From NCBI RefSeq assembly GCF_011386835.1, contig NC_088793.1:8370001-8434000 (forward strand): DNA of 64,000 nt, in the 5' to 3' direction. This document shows, one piece after another, positions 1-10,958 of this stretch; the stretch's first letter is position 1, and the number at the start of each line of letters is the position of its first letter. The stretch comes from Chrysemys picta bellii. Taxonomy: Eukaryota. Under the pieces are notes generated by a model that saw nothing but the letters and a program-made list of their open reading frames with translations, did no database searches and was not told the DNA's origin. A program made the translations under genes and the position numbers.

Positions 1-506
1 CGACAGTGACAAAGGTTACTGAAGGTGTGGACATTGCTGAGGACGAAATACCACAATTACCGAGCCACTAGTCAATGGAGGAATCGGACCGCCCAATATG
101 TCAATGGCACAGGAGGAACTAAAATCTAAAGTTAGGATGATGGTGTTTATAGCTCCTGGTATTTTCACCATTATGCTCATTTAAGTTTTTCAGTTCTGTG
201 TAGCTCCCACTCTATTAAAGCAATTTTTCTTCAAATTAAAATATAGCTGGTTGCTAGCAAACTATAGAAATGTCCAAGCGTTACGTATATCAGCTAGGAA
301 GGGCTACAAGGATACTGACTGGACTGTTCTTCCACCAGAGACTGGATTTAGTCCCTGACATTAAACACACAATCTTGAGACTTGGGAAACACACTATGGG
401 CTCAAGTCTTCTATAGAGAAGCTCTGAAAGCTGCAGGTCAAACCACAAGAGTAATGTTAACTAATTAAAGCCACCATACCGGTCTTGAGTATGTAGCCTA
501 TGCGCA

Positions 507-770
507 AGAACATAAGAATGGCCATACTGGGTCAGAACAAAGGTTCATCTAGCCCAGTATCCTGTCTTCCAACAGTGGCCAATGCCAGATGCCCCAGAGG
601 GAATGAACAGAACTGGTAATGATCAAGTGATCCATCCCTTGTCATCCATTCCCAGCTTCTTGCAAACAGAGGCTAGGGACACCATCCCTGCCCATCCTGG
701 CTAATAGCCATTGATGGGCCTATCCTCCATGAACTTATCTAGTTCTTTTTTGAACCGTGTTGTAGTTTTC
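507..770 (-). mobile_element. CR1 LINE 3' end fragment
   Basis: Reverse complement of a CR1 3' UTR (aagaacataagaatggccatactgggtcaga...catgaacttatctagttc); the same family as 24996-26330 and 61400-61667. Confidence 0.9.
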
Positions 771-1625
771 ACCTACACAATGCTCCACTCTTCAATTGCA
801 GCAACTAGCCATTAAAGCACACCAAGTCAATAGGGTCTAGTTTTGCAGTAATTTTTTTCTTTATGGACTTCTAAGGCAGATTTTTTAACTGCCGATGCCC
901 TACAGACTGGCTGCCCGTCTGACCCATGGAAAGCAAACTCTTAGGATGCAGAGGAGAGAGAGAATGCTTTGAGCAGTTCCAATGATTGGTTCCACATTTA
1001 GAGATGCCTCAGCAAAAGGCATCTCTGACAGGTTTAAACAATTTTCACCTGAGGTGGAGAAAGAACAAGAAAAAAAGAAAAAAACCTGAAAACTTACCTC
1101 TACCTTTCCAGAGGTGGAAGATGACTCATGGGAAAAAATGGACTCTTCAGTGAATTAAACAGTAAAACAAAAGAATACTAGAACTTCAGCAAACACAAGC
1201 ATCGATTGTCCATGGGCAGTCTTCAGATGAACTCTCCCGGCAGGGGACCAGCATCAATTATTGAATTCTGGTGAGAAAAAGGGCAGACAGACGTTTTGGT
1301 TACATTACTGTCTTCCAATAAGCCAAATGACACAGGATTCAACTTTCAGCATCTTAAGTGAAAAACAGCAGTTAGTTAATTTCAACATTAACTTGTGGCA
1401 ATATCACATTAAAAGCATTTTGGTCTTATTAATGCTACATACACCAAGGCAGTTTGTTCTTTGATTGTATTACAAAAAGGATTAATAGGGTAGCAGTTTT
1501 TCCAGCCTTTAGTGACTTGGAAAAATCAACGTTTAAAGACCTTATTCCTCAGCAAATCCATTCTAAAGAATGGAAGTTTCACAGTCCAGAAACTCTAGAG
1601 CTTTTAACAAACATTAGGTTCAATG

Positions 1626-1744
1626 CAACAGAGGGTCCTGTGGCACCTTTGAGACTAACAGAAGTACTTCTGTTAGTCTCAAAGGTGCCACAGGACCCTC
1701 TGTTGCTTTTTACAGATTCAGACTAACACGGCTACCCCTCTGAT
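1626..1744. mobile_element. Minimal Penelope-like element (PLE) insertion made of inverted pLTR ends
   Basis: Perfect 82-bp palindrome at 1625-1706, followed by the PLE end cagactaacacggctacccctctga. A 13-bp direct repeat attaggttcaatg flanks it (1613-1625 and 1745-1757). Confidence 0.85.
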
Positions 1745-2066
1745 ATTAGGTTCAATGTCACTAGCAGATATGCTCATCTTCTGCCTCTTTCCCTCTCTTA
1801 TACAATTCCTAACACAGAATACCCACAGGAAAAAGCAGCACAGATCCAGAAACAAACTGATTACAATTTGCAATAGCCAGACATCATCCATGAAGACACA
1901 AACGAGCACCAAAAAATTAAGTTGACGTTCATCAGTGCTAGACTGGTGGTCAACAGTCCTCAAATCGTCAGTGAATTCATTATGGATGAGGCCCCAGATG
2001 CAATATGATCACCATCTGAGCACTGCCTCACAGGGTATGGTTAGTAATTTGCTTCTGTTATAGTTC

Positions 2067-2522
2067 AGGAAGGATCATCCAGTGGCTAGGGCACCAACCC
2101 AGGACTCAGGAAACCTGAGTTCAAATCCCTGCTCCTCCACAGACTACAGCAAGTAATTTAGCTTCTCTGTGCCTCAGTCCCCCCCATCTGTAAAATGGAA
2201 ATAAATACAGGCGAGTCTCATCTTACACGGGGGTTCTGTTTCGCAGTTAGAGCGTAAAGCGAAAACCGCGTATAGTCAAAATTACATTGAGTTGAATGGC
2301 GGGCGAAATCGCTCGCACTACAGGTACAGTATTAAAATTGTTATTTTTCCCTTTTTTTTGTTTTTGCCGACCGCGTAAAGCTGAAATAGCGCAAGTTAAA
2401 TGCGCGTAAGATGCAACAGACCTGTAGTACTTCCTTACCTCACAGAGGTGTTGAGAATAAATACATTAAAGATTGCAAGGGGCTCATAATACAGCAAATG
2501 GGGCCACATAAGTGCCTAAGAA
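2067..2522 (+). mobile_element. MIR-like CORE SINE, split by a Tigger-like MITE
   Basis: tRNA-like head (ggactcaggaaacctgagttcaaatccc) and core ctctgtgcctcagt...catctgtaaaatgg; the element resumes after 2426. Confidence 0.75.
2208..2424. mobile_element. Tc1/mariner (Tigger-like) MITE
   Basis: Imperfect TIRs caggcgagtctcatcttacacg / cgcgtaagatgcaacagacctg; TA target duplication at 2206-2207 and 2425-2426. Confidence 0.85.
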
Positions 2523-2789
2523 ACTGCAAATTACTATCCATCTGGAACAAGAGGAAACCAAGCAGTAGTTACGGCTCCCTAAAGCCGCAATTCCTTCCTT
2601 TAGCTGTTCCTGCGGCAGGACAGCAGTGCACCCTCCCCTTTCTATGGGCTGTGTACAGAGCCTACTACAATGAGGCCTTGATCTCTAACTGGAGTTCCCT
2701 AGGTACTACTGTAATAGCAGTAAAACACTAAAATCAGGCACAGAGATGCTCCACCTCGCTCCTACCAGACTACAAACAGAATATCGCAC

Positions 2790-4290
2790 CTACCAGTAAT
2801 GTGTACACTTGGAACTTTAAAAGGGCCAGTTACCCAAATCTTAAAGCAACTGGTCAACATAACTGACAGAAAGTGTTAACAAAAATTGGGAATCACACAT
2901 GGCCATCTTACTAGATGCCTGAAAAAACGCAATTGCACAAACTTGGAAAAAAATTACGCTATTCAAAAAACTATCTTGGTTAAAAGGAGATGTGAAAGCA
3001 GCAATAAAATATGAAAAAATATATATGTATATAAAGACCACAAAAAGGGGAAGTTAATAGCAATAAATTAAAGTTAAAAGTTAAAAAATGCAGGCAACTG
3101 ATAAGTACAAAGAATCAATGAAATATTAATGGCCAATAGGGTTAAAGCCAATAAGACATTTTTAATCATATTAGGACTAATAAGACATTTGACTTAGTAC
3201 CACATGACATTTTGTTTTAAAAACTTGCTTTAAATGGAACTTACAGGGCACATATTACATGAATTAAAAACTTAGCAGCTAAACTTTGAGATCTATCAGT
3301 GAATATGGAGATATTAATAAGTGGGGCAGTTACTAGTGGAGTCCCCTAGGGATCGGTTCTTGGTAGAACACTATTCAATACCTTTATCAGTGATCTAGAT
3401 GATGATATAAAATCTTTGCTGATAAAATTTGCAGAGGACACAAAGATTGGTGGGATAGCAAATAACGAGGACAAGATACTGTTACAACGCAATCTGAGTC
3501 ACCAGGTTAAGTGCCTCAATCCCACAAAATGTGTTTCAATACAGCAAAATACAAGGTAATACATCTGAGAACAAAGAATGCAGCCAAAACTACAGGATAG
3601 GAGACAGTCTTGGAAAGCAGTGACTCAGAGAAGGACTTGGGGTCATCATAGGTAACTTCCTCAACATGAGCGCTCAGTGCAAGGCTGTGGCAAAAAAAAG
3701 GCTACTACAGTCACTAAATGTATAAAAAAAGGGAATATCTAGTACAAGTAGGGAAGTGATCTTGCTTTGATACACTGCATTGGTAAGACCACTATTAGAT
3801 TAGACACCAGTACTGGACACACACTTCAATACCGGATAAAGTCATCTTTGAGTCACAAAAACAATCCAGGGGGCTGGAAAACAAGCCTTACAATGTGAGA
3901 TTTAAGGAGCTCAATATATTCAGCTTATCAAAGGGAAGGCTGAGAGGTGACGTGGTCACTGTGTATAGTTAATTACACATGGGAAATCTATCTGATGGCG
4001 GGGCCATTTCAATCTTGCAGACAAAGGCAAAACAAGATCCAAGGGTTGGAAACTGAAGTTAAACAAATTCAACCTTGAAATAAGGGAAGATAATTAAACT
4101 TGGAACAGCTTAGCAGGGGAGGTGGTAGACTCACCATCGCTTGTAGTCTTTAAAATAAAATGAGATATCTTTCTGAAAGATATGCTTTATTCCGGTTTCT
4201 GGGAAAACAAACAATCTACAGCCTGTGCACACAGGAGGGCCGACTAGATGATCATAATGGTACCTTCTGGCCTTTGAGTCTATGAATCTA
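2790..4290 (+). mobile_element. Old CR1 LINE, decayed ORF2 plus 3' UTR
   Basis: Remnants of RT motifs (agtggagtcccctagggatcggttcttgg, aaatttgcagaggacacaaagattgg) and a CR1 tail (gatgatcataatggtaccttctggcctttgagtctatg). Confidence 0.85.
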
Positions 4291-4754
4291 CTGAGCACAC
4301 CAAAGAACAAGAGTGGGAAGAAGGCAGATAGGTTAGCATTCAATAGTCTCGTCTAACCACAAATACAATTAAATTCCTCCCAACCCCTGGGAACTAAAAA
4401 TCTTTTGAATTCCTTCGTCTAACAGACGAACAGGGACAAAGGAAATCTAGGACTGCCAACCCAGTAATAAACCCGAAAAGACCAAGGAGTTCATAAAGAA
4501 GCTGACTGAGACTCTGTCATCAATAGTGAAGTTCCTTGGACTTGTCATCCTAGGTGATTTCAATATTCATGCAGACAGGATCTTGGACAGAACCCCCCCA
4601 AAATTTGTCTCTTCTCTTTCCATCCTAAAACACACACTAGTAATTTCTAGTCTAATTCACAGGGCTGGCTGTATCTTGGATCAGATGTAGACAGAAATCA
4701 TCATAAGCCAAACGCTGCTCTGGGTTAGACTACCACCTAATATAAGCAGCATGA

Positions 4755-4890
4755 AAAAACCAAGGAGTCCTTGTGGCACCTTAGAGACTAACAAATTTAT
4801 TTGGGCATACGCTTTCATGGGCTAGAACCCACTTCATCAGATGTATGAAGTAAAAGCTACAGGAGCAGGTATAACTACATGAAAGGATGT
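4755..4890 (-). mobile_element. Penelope-like element pLTR fragment
   Basis: aaggagtccttgtggcaccttagagactaacaaatttatttgggcata...cccacttcatcagatg, shared with the PLEs at 7614 and 45343. Confidence 0.85.
4805..4844 (-). ncRNA. Degenerate minimal hammerhead ribozyme of a PLE
   Basis: Minus strand reads acat-CTGATGA-a-gtggg-ttctag-cccat-GAAA-gcgt-atgc. The core is intact, but stem I, the stem II closing pair and the AAGCTT palindrome are mutated. Confidence 0.6.
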
Positions 4891-4899
4891 ATTTTCCTA

Positions 4900-5735
4900 T
4901 AGAAAGGCTGAGTATCATTGACTGGTAACCATTAAAACACGTTGATTTGCAACTAAGTACAGCCTTTACATTTGGTACTTTTTGGCTAACCAAAAGGATA
5001 CACTATATCTATACACATTTAAACTATTATATAGCTAAATATACATACATTCATATTCTTCATTTTTATATATTTTTATGTTATTTACTTACTAGATTAA
5101 TTTTTTACTTGTGATTAAAACTGCTTTAAATGTACTGGACACCTAACAAAAGAGCAGGTTTATTAATACGTTTTGCATTTTAGAAAAACTGGTTTTTTTT
5201 TTAAACGAAAGTAACATTATCTGTAGTTATTGAATTGAACTGATTGTTTCTGGTCACCATGACCTTCAAGATTTTAGAACTAATAGAGCTCCTTTTTCTC
5301 GCCTCAATTTTATTCATAGACTGAAGGAGGAAAATAAGCTTTCCTGCTTTTTCAACTTCTCATCAGTTTCTCAACTTTGAATGAACTAATCATTGAAGTT
5401 AAATAGATGAATAAACTGAAACGAAGAAAATATTCTCTTTGCACCTGCAGAAGAGGCTACTGCTATCAAAAGCTGGTTTCGTACTTCAACAAATTCTGGT
5501 TCCAGGTGCTTAGCCAGTGACTTTCACCAGTTCAGTGCTTTCTTAAAAATGTTTGTCAGCAAACATGTACTGGTTGATTTTTTTTAATTTAATTTAAATG
5601 ATTTAATAGATTATAATAAGTTTAGGCCTTAATATAGGTTGCCATAATTTTAAATAGGTTTATTTTTAAAAAGAAAATGCATTTAATTGAAACAAATTAA
5701 CTTTTTTTTTAAATCATCTATTTTTATCCATCCTG
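4900..5735 (-). mobile_element. hAT DNA transposon deletion derivative
   Basis: Minus strand at about 5330-5480 reads QLLIAVASSAGAKRIFSSF...LVHSKLRN...EKAGKLIFL (hAT C-terminal dimerisation domain). TIR-like end tttttatccatcctg at 5735; the other end is not identified. Confidence 0.75.
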
Positions 5736-6716
5736 ATATTCGGTGGCAACAGCCCAGCAAGGGACCAAGGAGCAATCAAATTGTGCATCATTATGACCAC
5801 ATATTAACCACTGTAATCAAAATAACAGCTCCCAAACAACATTCTGCCTTCACATCATTCACACAGGCCTCTATGTGACTAGCATAATATGAAAAGAAAC
5901 TAGAGCACTGAATTCTAGATAAGGTAGAAATATCGAAACAAAAATTTTCAATATGTAAAAAATACACTAAGGCAAAATAACAGGCTAAAATCTTTTTTCT
6001 CCTCTTCTGTAGAAGCCACCCAAAAAAGCTATTCTGGTTAATGAAGCCCAACCAACTGTAGCCTGCAGAAGAATCCAGTACCACTTTCTGCTACCTTCTT
6101 CCTTACTGAGAACATCCCCTATATAGCCAATAGTTTCTTGGGGTACACAAAATCAAACATTACATACAACTTCAATATCTGGCCACCTCCCTTCCCCAAG
6201 TTTGATCCTTCTACGCATCAGGAAGCCCTGGACAAAGTGAATGAAACAGAAGCTTCCACTTGCGAGTCAGACCTTTGCCTTTCCTGGCTGGGGAAAGTTT
6301 CAAGAATAACTAGGGTATCTGACAGATTGCCAATGCCTTGTTCAACGAAGGACCTGTCTCTCCCAGTTTACAGCAAGACCAATCTTGAAACATTTGTTGA
6401 TTCTACAGAACAAGACTTCCACCACCTGGAGTTAAATCTCCTATTCCTCAGCAAGCTGACTGAAGTTAATGAACAGCAGTTCCTGAGCACATCATCTATA
6501 GCCTGTAACCTAGATACAGGATCAATATCACCTCTGTACCATTCGCTCCACAAGCTCCTTACTGAACTTCTTCAAGATTCTAATCCTTTCTTTGAAATCC
6601 TGCAAAAAACTGGTACCAAGGTACCTAAAAGTTCACATCCTCCAAGTCTCAATTGCTCAACAGTTCTGCTCCTCGTAAATAAAGGAACTATTTACCACAA
6701 ATGTGAAGCTCACAGG

Positions 6717-6954
6717 CAGGGCCGGCTCCAGGCACCAGCTTCTCAAGCAGGTACTTGGGGTGGCCGCTCCGGAGAGGGGCGGCACGTCCAGGTATTCGGC
6801 GGCAATTCGGCGGACGGTCCCTCACTCCGCCTGGGAGTGAAGGACCTCCCGCCGAATTGCCGCCGCAGATCGTGATTGTGGCTTTTTGTTTGTTGGTTTG
6901 TTTTTTGTTTTGTTTTGGCTGCTTGGGGTGGCCAAAACCCTGGAGCCGGCCCTG
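6717..6954. mobile_element. hAT MITE
   Basis: 16-bp TIRs cagggccggctccagg / cctggagccggccctg; perfect 8-bp TSD ctcacagg (6709-6716 and 6955-6962). Confidence 0.95.
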
Positions 6955-7613
6955 CTCACAGGAGTTTTCTTGGCAGCTGTGTTGTAGAATTCATTCCCAG
7001 GGGACTAAGATTAACCAACAGGCTCATCAATTTTCAGATCCAAATGCAATTAAAAAAAAAAAAAAAAAAAACTCACATCTTTGGCCACTCTTTCCCACAA
7101 AGCGGCACACCCTATTAGTATTTAGGTCAGAGAAGGAATTTAAAGTGTAGAAATTACTGTCCATGGAGGGCTGCAGGTGGAGAAAATGGAGAGGAAATTT
7201 CACTTTAATTTGTTGATGTATAGTACTTTGTAAAAGTTTTTTACACTTCAAATGGTGCTCACAGGCCATGGTACAAGAACCTAAACAGAAAAGAATAGTG
7301 GATGTAGCCTTTTATCCCTTCAGGGATACTATAAGTGCCATGTCACTTCCACTTCCTCCACTACAAGGAACAAGTTTCACCAACTCAATCCTGCATATTG
7401 CTGCAGCCAAATCACTGGTCTAAACCATCGTCATTTTTTCAGCCACCAAGTCTCCCAAAATTTATACCCATGTAAAACCTTGTTTTCAACACCCAAATTC
7501 AAATATGTAACAAACCATAAATTGGTCAAACCTCAATTGGCAGAAGCACAGACATTGGTCATATGAGTTTGCACTCCACTCTATGAACTACTGTCAGAAT
7601 TCAAATGAGAAAG

Positions 7614-8173
7614 GTTTCAGAGTGGTAGCTGTGTTACTCTGTATCAGCAAAAACAACGAGGAGTCCTTGTGGCACCTTAGAGACTAACACCTTAGAGACT
7701 AACAAACAGGGATCTGGTCACTCAATAACAGACTTAAAAGTGGCAATTCTTCAACAAAAAAACTTCAAAAACAGACTCCAACGAGAAACTGCAGAACTGG
7801 AATTAATTTGCAAACTGGACACCATCAAATTAGGCCTCAATAAAGACTGGAAGTAGATGGGTCATTACAAAAACTAAATTTCCCCCTACTGTTAACTCTC
7901 ACCTTCTTGTCAACTGTTTGAAATGGGCCGCCCTCATTACCACTACAAAAGTGATTTTTCCTCCCTTGGTATTCTACTGTTAATTGAATTGTCTCATTAG
8001 CACTGACCCCCCACTTGGTAAGGCAACTCCCATCTTTTCATGTACTGTGTATATATACCTGCTACTGTATTTTCAACTCCATGCATCTGATGAAGTGGGT
8101 TTTAGCGCACGAAAGCTTATGCTCAAATAAATTCATTAGTCTCTAAGGTGCCACAAGAACTCCTGGTTGTTTT
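7614..8173 (+). mobile_element. 5'-truncated Penelope-like element with an inverted 5' pLTR piece
   Basis: 7719-7877 reads HSITDLKVAILQQKNFKNRLQRETAELELICKLDTIKLGLNKDWK*MGHYKN (C-terminus of the PLE GIY-YIG ORF), followed by a pLTR. An inverted pLTR fragment lies at 7614-7705. 14-bp TSD ttcaaatgagaaag (7600-7613 and 8174-8187). Confidence 0.92.
8083..8122 (+). ncRNA. Minimal type I hammerhead ribozyme in the PLE pLTR
   Basis: gcat-CTGATGA-a-gtgggttttagcgcac-GAAA-gctt-atgc: stem I gcat/atgc, stem II with one mismatch, palindromic AAGCTT stem III. Confidence 0.8.
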
Positions 8174-8236
8174 TTCAAATGAGAAAGTGAGCCATCCAAA
8201 AAGAGAACCTTTGCTAATAGTTGGATCAGCATAAAA

Positions 8237-8427
8237 ATCATAGAATCATAGAATGTCAGGGTTGGAAGGGACCTCAGGGGGTCATCTAGTCCAACCCCCT
8301 GCTCAAAGCAGGACCAATCCCCAGGCAGATTTTTGCCCCAGCTCCCTAAATGGCCCCCTCAAGGATTGAACTCACAACCCTAGGTTTAGCAGGCCAATGC
8401 TCAAACCACTGAGCTATCCCTCCCCCC
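8237..8427 (-). mobile_element. Tortoise PolIII/SINE (tRNA-derived head, CR1-derived tail)
   Basis: Minus strand begins gggggagggatagctcagtggtttgagcattggcctgctaaa (tRNA-like A/B boxes) and ends in an (ATTCTATG)n tail. The tail is shared with the CR1 at 56349. Confidence 0.95.
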
Positions 8428-8570
8428 TCATCTATTTCTCAAGCCAGTCAAAAGCTACAGTTTCTGGTAATCATGTATACTGTTTACAGAATCAAACACA
8501 TGGGCCAGGAGCCTCATTATTACTTCTTTGTTGGCCATTGTTGTAGCTATATTATATATATCACAAACAC

Positions 8571-8700
8571 ATTCTTACATTCCTTATTGAAAATACTACT
8601 TATCTGAAAGTTTATATATAATTACATGGACCTATCTGAAAGTTTGTTTATATATATAAACTTTCAGATAAGTAGTCTTTTCAATAAGGAATGTAGGAAT
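8571..8700. repeat. Near-perfect inverted repeat (50-bp arms, 30-nt spacer)
   Basis: 8571-8620 matches the reverse complement of 8651-8700 at 48 of 50 positions. Confidence 0.95.
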
Positions 8701-9264
8701 TGCCAGACTGGATCAGACAGGTACATGTAATTCAGTCGTCTGCACCAACTGCTTCAGGGGAAAGTGCATGAAGTAGTAAGCAGATGTGGGTTAACCTGCC
8801 CCATATGAAAGTCTTCTCTTAACCTCTGATAGTTAGAGCCTTGTTCAAACCCTGAGGCATGAGACTTTATAGCTCTCCTTAAACTTTTTTTTAGCATTAA
8901 CTAAACAACTCTGGATAAACTTATTATCCATATAAATATCTGCTCCCTCTTTAAATCCTATTAAGTTCTTGGCTGCAGCATCATGCGGCAATGCGTTCTA
9001 TAGCCATATGCATTATGCGAAAAAGTATTTCTTTTTCCTAGAGTTTAAATTTACCACATTTCCACTTAACTGAATGACTCATTGTTCTTGTTCTGTGAAC
9101 TAAGGAGAACAGAAGTTTCCAATCTACCCCTCTCTACACCATTCGTTATTTGTATGTCTCCTTGTCTCCTCTCTAAGGTAAGCAATCCTTACCTTTTCAA
9201 TCTCACTTAATATGAGAGTTTTTCTACTCCCTGACCCCTTCTTATTCTGCAATATTCTGTTTGA

Positions 9265-9440
9265 GACAGAATCACAGGACTGGAAGGGATCGCGAGAGGT
9301 CATCTAGTCCAGTCCCCTGCACTCGTGGAAGGACTAAGTATCATCTTACCATCCCCAACAGGTGTTTGTCCAACCTGCTCTTAAAAATCTCCAGTGATAG
9401 AGATTCCACAACCTCCCTAGATAATTTATTCCAGTGCATG
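9265..9440 (-). mobile_element. Younger CR1 3' end inserted into the older CR1
   Basis: cagaatcacaggactggaaggga...gaggtcatctagtccagtcccctgcactc...gattccacaacctccctag; the same family as 58026. Confidence 0.9.
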
Positions 9441-9911
9441 GAGTGAAGCATTCTAGATGAGTGTGAACCATTAATTTATGTAACAAGATTCTAATATTTC
9501 ATATATTATTCTCCATCCCACTCCTTATGCATCCTAATATCATTTATTGTTTTGACAACAACTGCGCTTAGAGCGGAAGTCTTCATTGGACTGTCCACAA
9601 CAATACCCAAGTCCTTTTCTTGAGTTGATACAGTTAATATAGATCCTAGTAAAATGTATTAGAACTTAAGTTTTCCCTCTAATGTGCCTTATTTTGCCCA
9701 ATGCTCCTTGAGCAGTCAGCCACCTTTGACAGTCAACCACACTCTCCTGGAAATCTTGTCCTCCCTTGACTTCTGTAACTCTATGCAGGTTATATACAGA
9801 TCTGCCTTTCTCCTTCTAGCCAAACTAAAATATTGGGCTTCTCTCTCTGACCTCTCTTCATAGATGTCGACCCATCAGTTCAAGCTCAGCATGGCTAAAA
9901 CAGAACTCTTA

Positions 9912-10174
9912 GGCCTTGGCTACACTTGGAGATTCACAGCGCTGCTGCGGCAGTGCTGTGAAGCGCGAGTGTAGTCGCGCCTAAGAGCTCTCTCGCAGCG
10001 CTGCAAGTACTCCACCTCTCCGAGGGGAATAGCTTGCAGCGCTGCGAGCGAGCGTGCAGCACTGCAGGCACTGATTACACTGGCGCACACTCGCTGCGCT
10101 CGGGGGGGGGTGCATTTGCACACCCCTGAGCGCAGCAAGTTGCAGCGCTGTACAGCGCCAGTGTAGCCAAGGCC
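9912..10174. mobile_element. PIF/Harbinger MITE
   Basis: 15-bp TIRs ggccttggctacact / agtgtagccaaggcc; 3-bp TSD TTA on both sides. Confidence 0.92.
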
Positions 10175-10958
10175 TTAATCTCTACCTCCCCTCACTCCAA
10201 GAGACCCCGCCTACTACATCTTCCCTTGATCTCTGTGGACAACACCACCATCCTCCTGCCAGTCATTCAGATTTGTAACCTGGGTGTCATCTTCGACTCA
10301 GATCTCTCTCTAGGTCTCATCTCTCACATCTTGCAGATTCTTTTTACACGTCTCTAAGATACAGCTTCCCTATCCATTCACACAGCTAAAACTCTCATCC
10401 AAGCTCTCATCTCAGTTACTGCAACTACCTTCTCTCCTGCCATGACAAATGCGGTCTTGCCCCACTCATATCCATTCAGAATGTTGTTGCAAAGATCATT
10501 TTCCTAGCCCATTACTTTGACCATGTTCACCCCTTTCTTTTCAACCCTCTGCTGGCTCCCCATTATCTATTGCATCAAACAAAAGCTGTTTGTCTTTACT
10601 TTCAAGGCACTTAACAGTCTATCATCTCTCATCACCATTGAGATGTCTGCTCCCAACTCTGATCAGTCCAGGACACCAACCTCTGTCGCACACTTGTTAC
10701 ATTTTCAAACAAGCTCCTTTGTGCTTTCTCTCTTGCCTCAGGCTTGGGAAGAGCTCTCCATAAACATCTGCAAAGGTGTCTCATTATCTACCTTCAAATC
10801 CTGCCTTAAAACTCTGCTTTACTGTGATGCCTATAAAAAAATCTGACAGTTAGGATGGCAGTGTGCGAAGACCACAGCCTATCATGTTGACCAATATTGC
10901 CTTATTGTTTCTGTGTACTCTCCCATCAGTCTGTATCCATCTGTTCCTTCTTGTCTCA

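Larger units (their letters stand above)
4300..7050 (+). mobile_element. Decayed L2-clade LINE (endonuclease to RT), interrupted by PLE, hAT and MITE insertions
   Basis: 4540-4580 reads LVILGDFNIHAD (APE motif). ORF 6138-6875 contains ASTCESDLCLSWLGK and NLLFLSKLTEV, matching L2 RT motifs (TCxLDPxPSWL, NLPFLSKLIE). The 245-aa ORF is a decayed TE frame that runs into a MITE, not a gene. Confidence 0.7.

Noticed and set aside
6138-6875. Longest ORF (245 aa) as a host gene
   Set aside because: It matches decayed L2 RT motifs, starts at TTG, and its last approximately 50 codons come from a hAT MITE.
8237-8427. tRNA gene
   Set aside because: The tRNA-like head continues into a CR1-derived tail, so it is a SINE (the same applies to 40530-40724).
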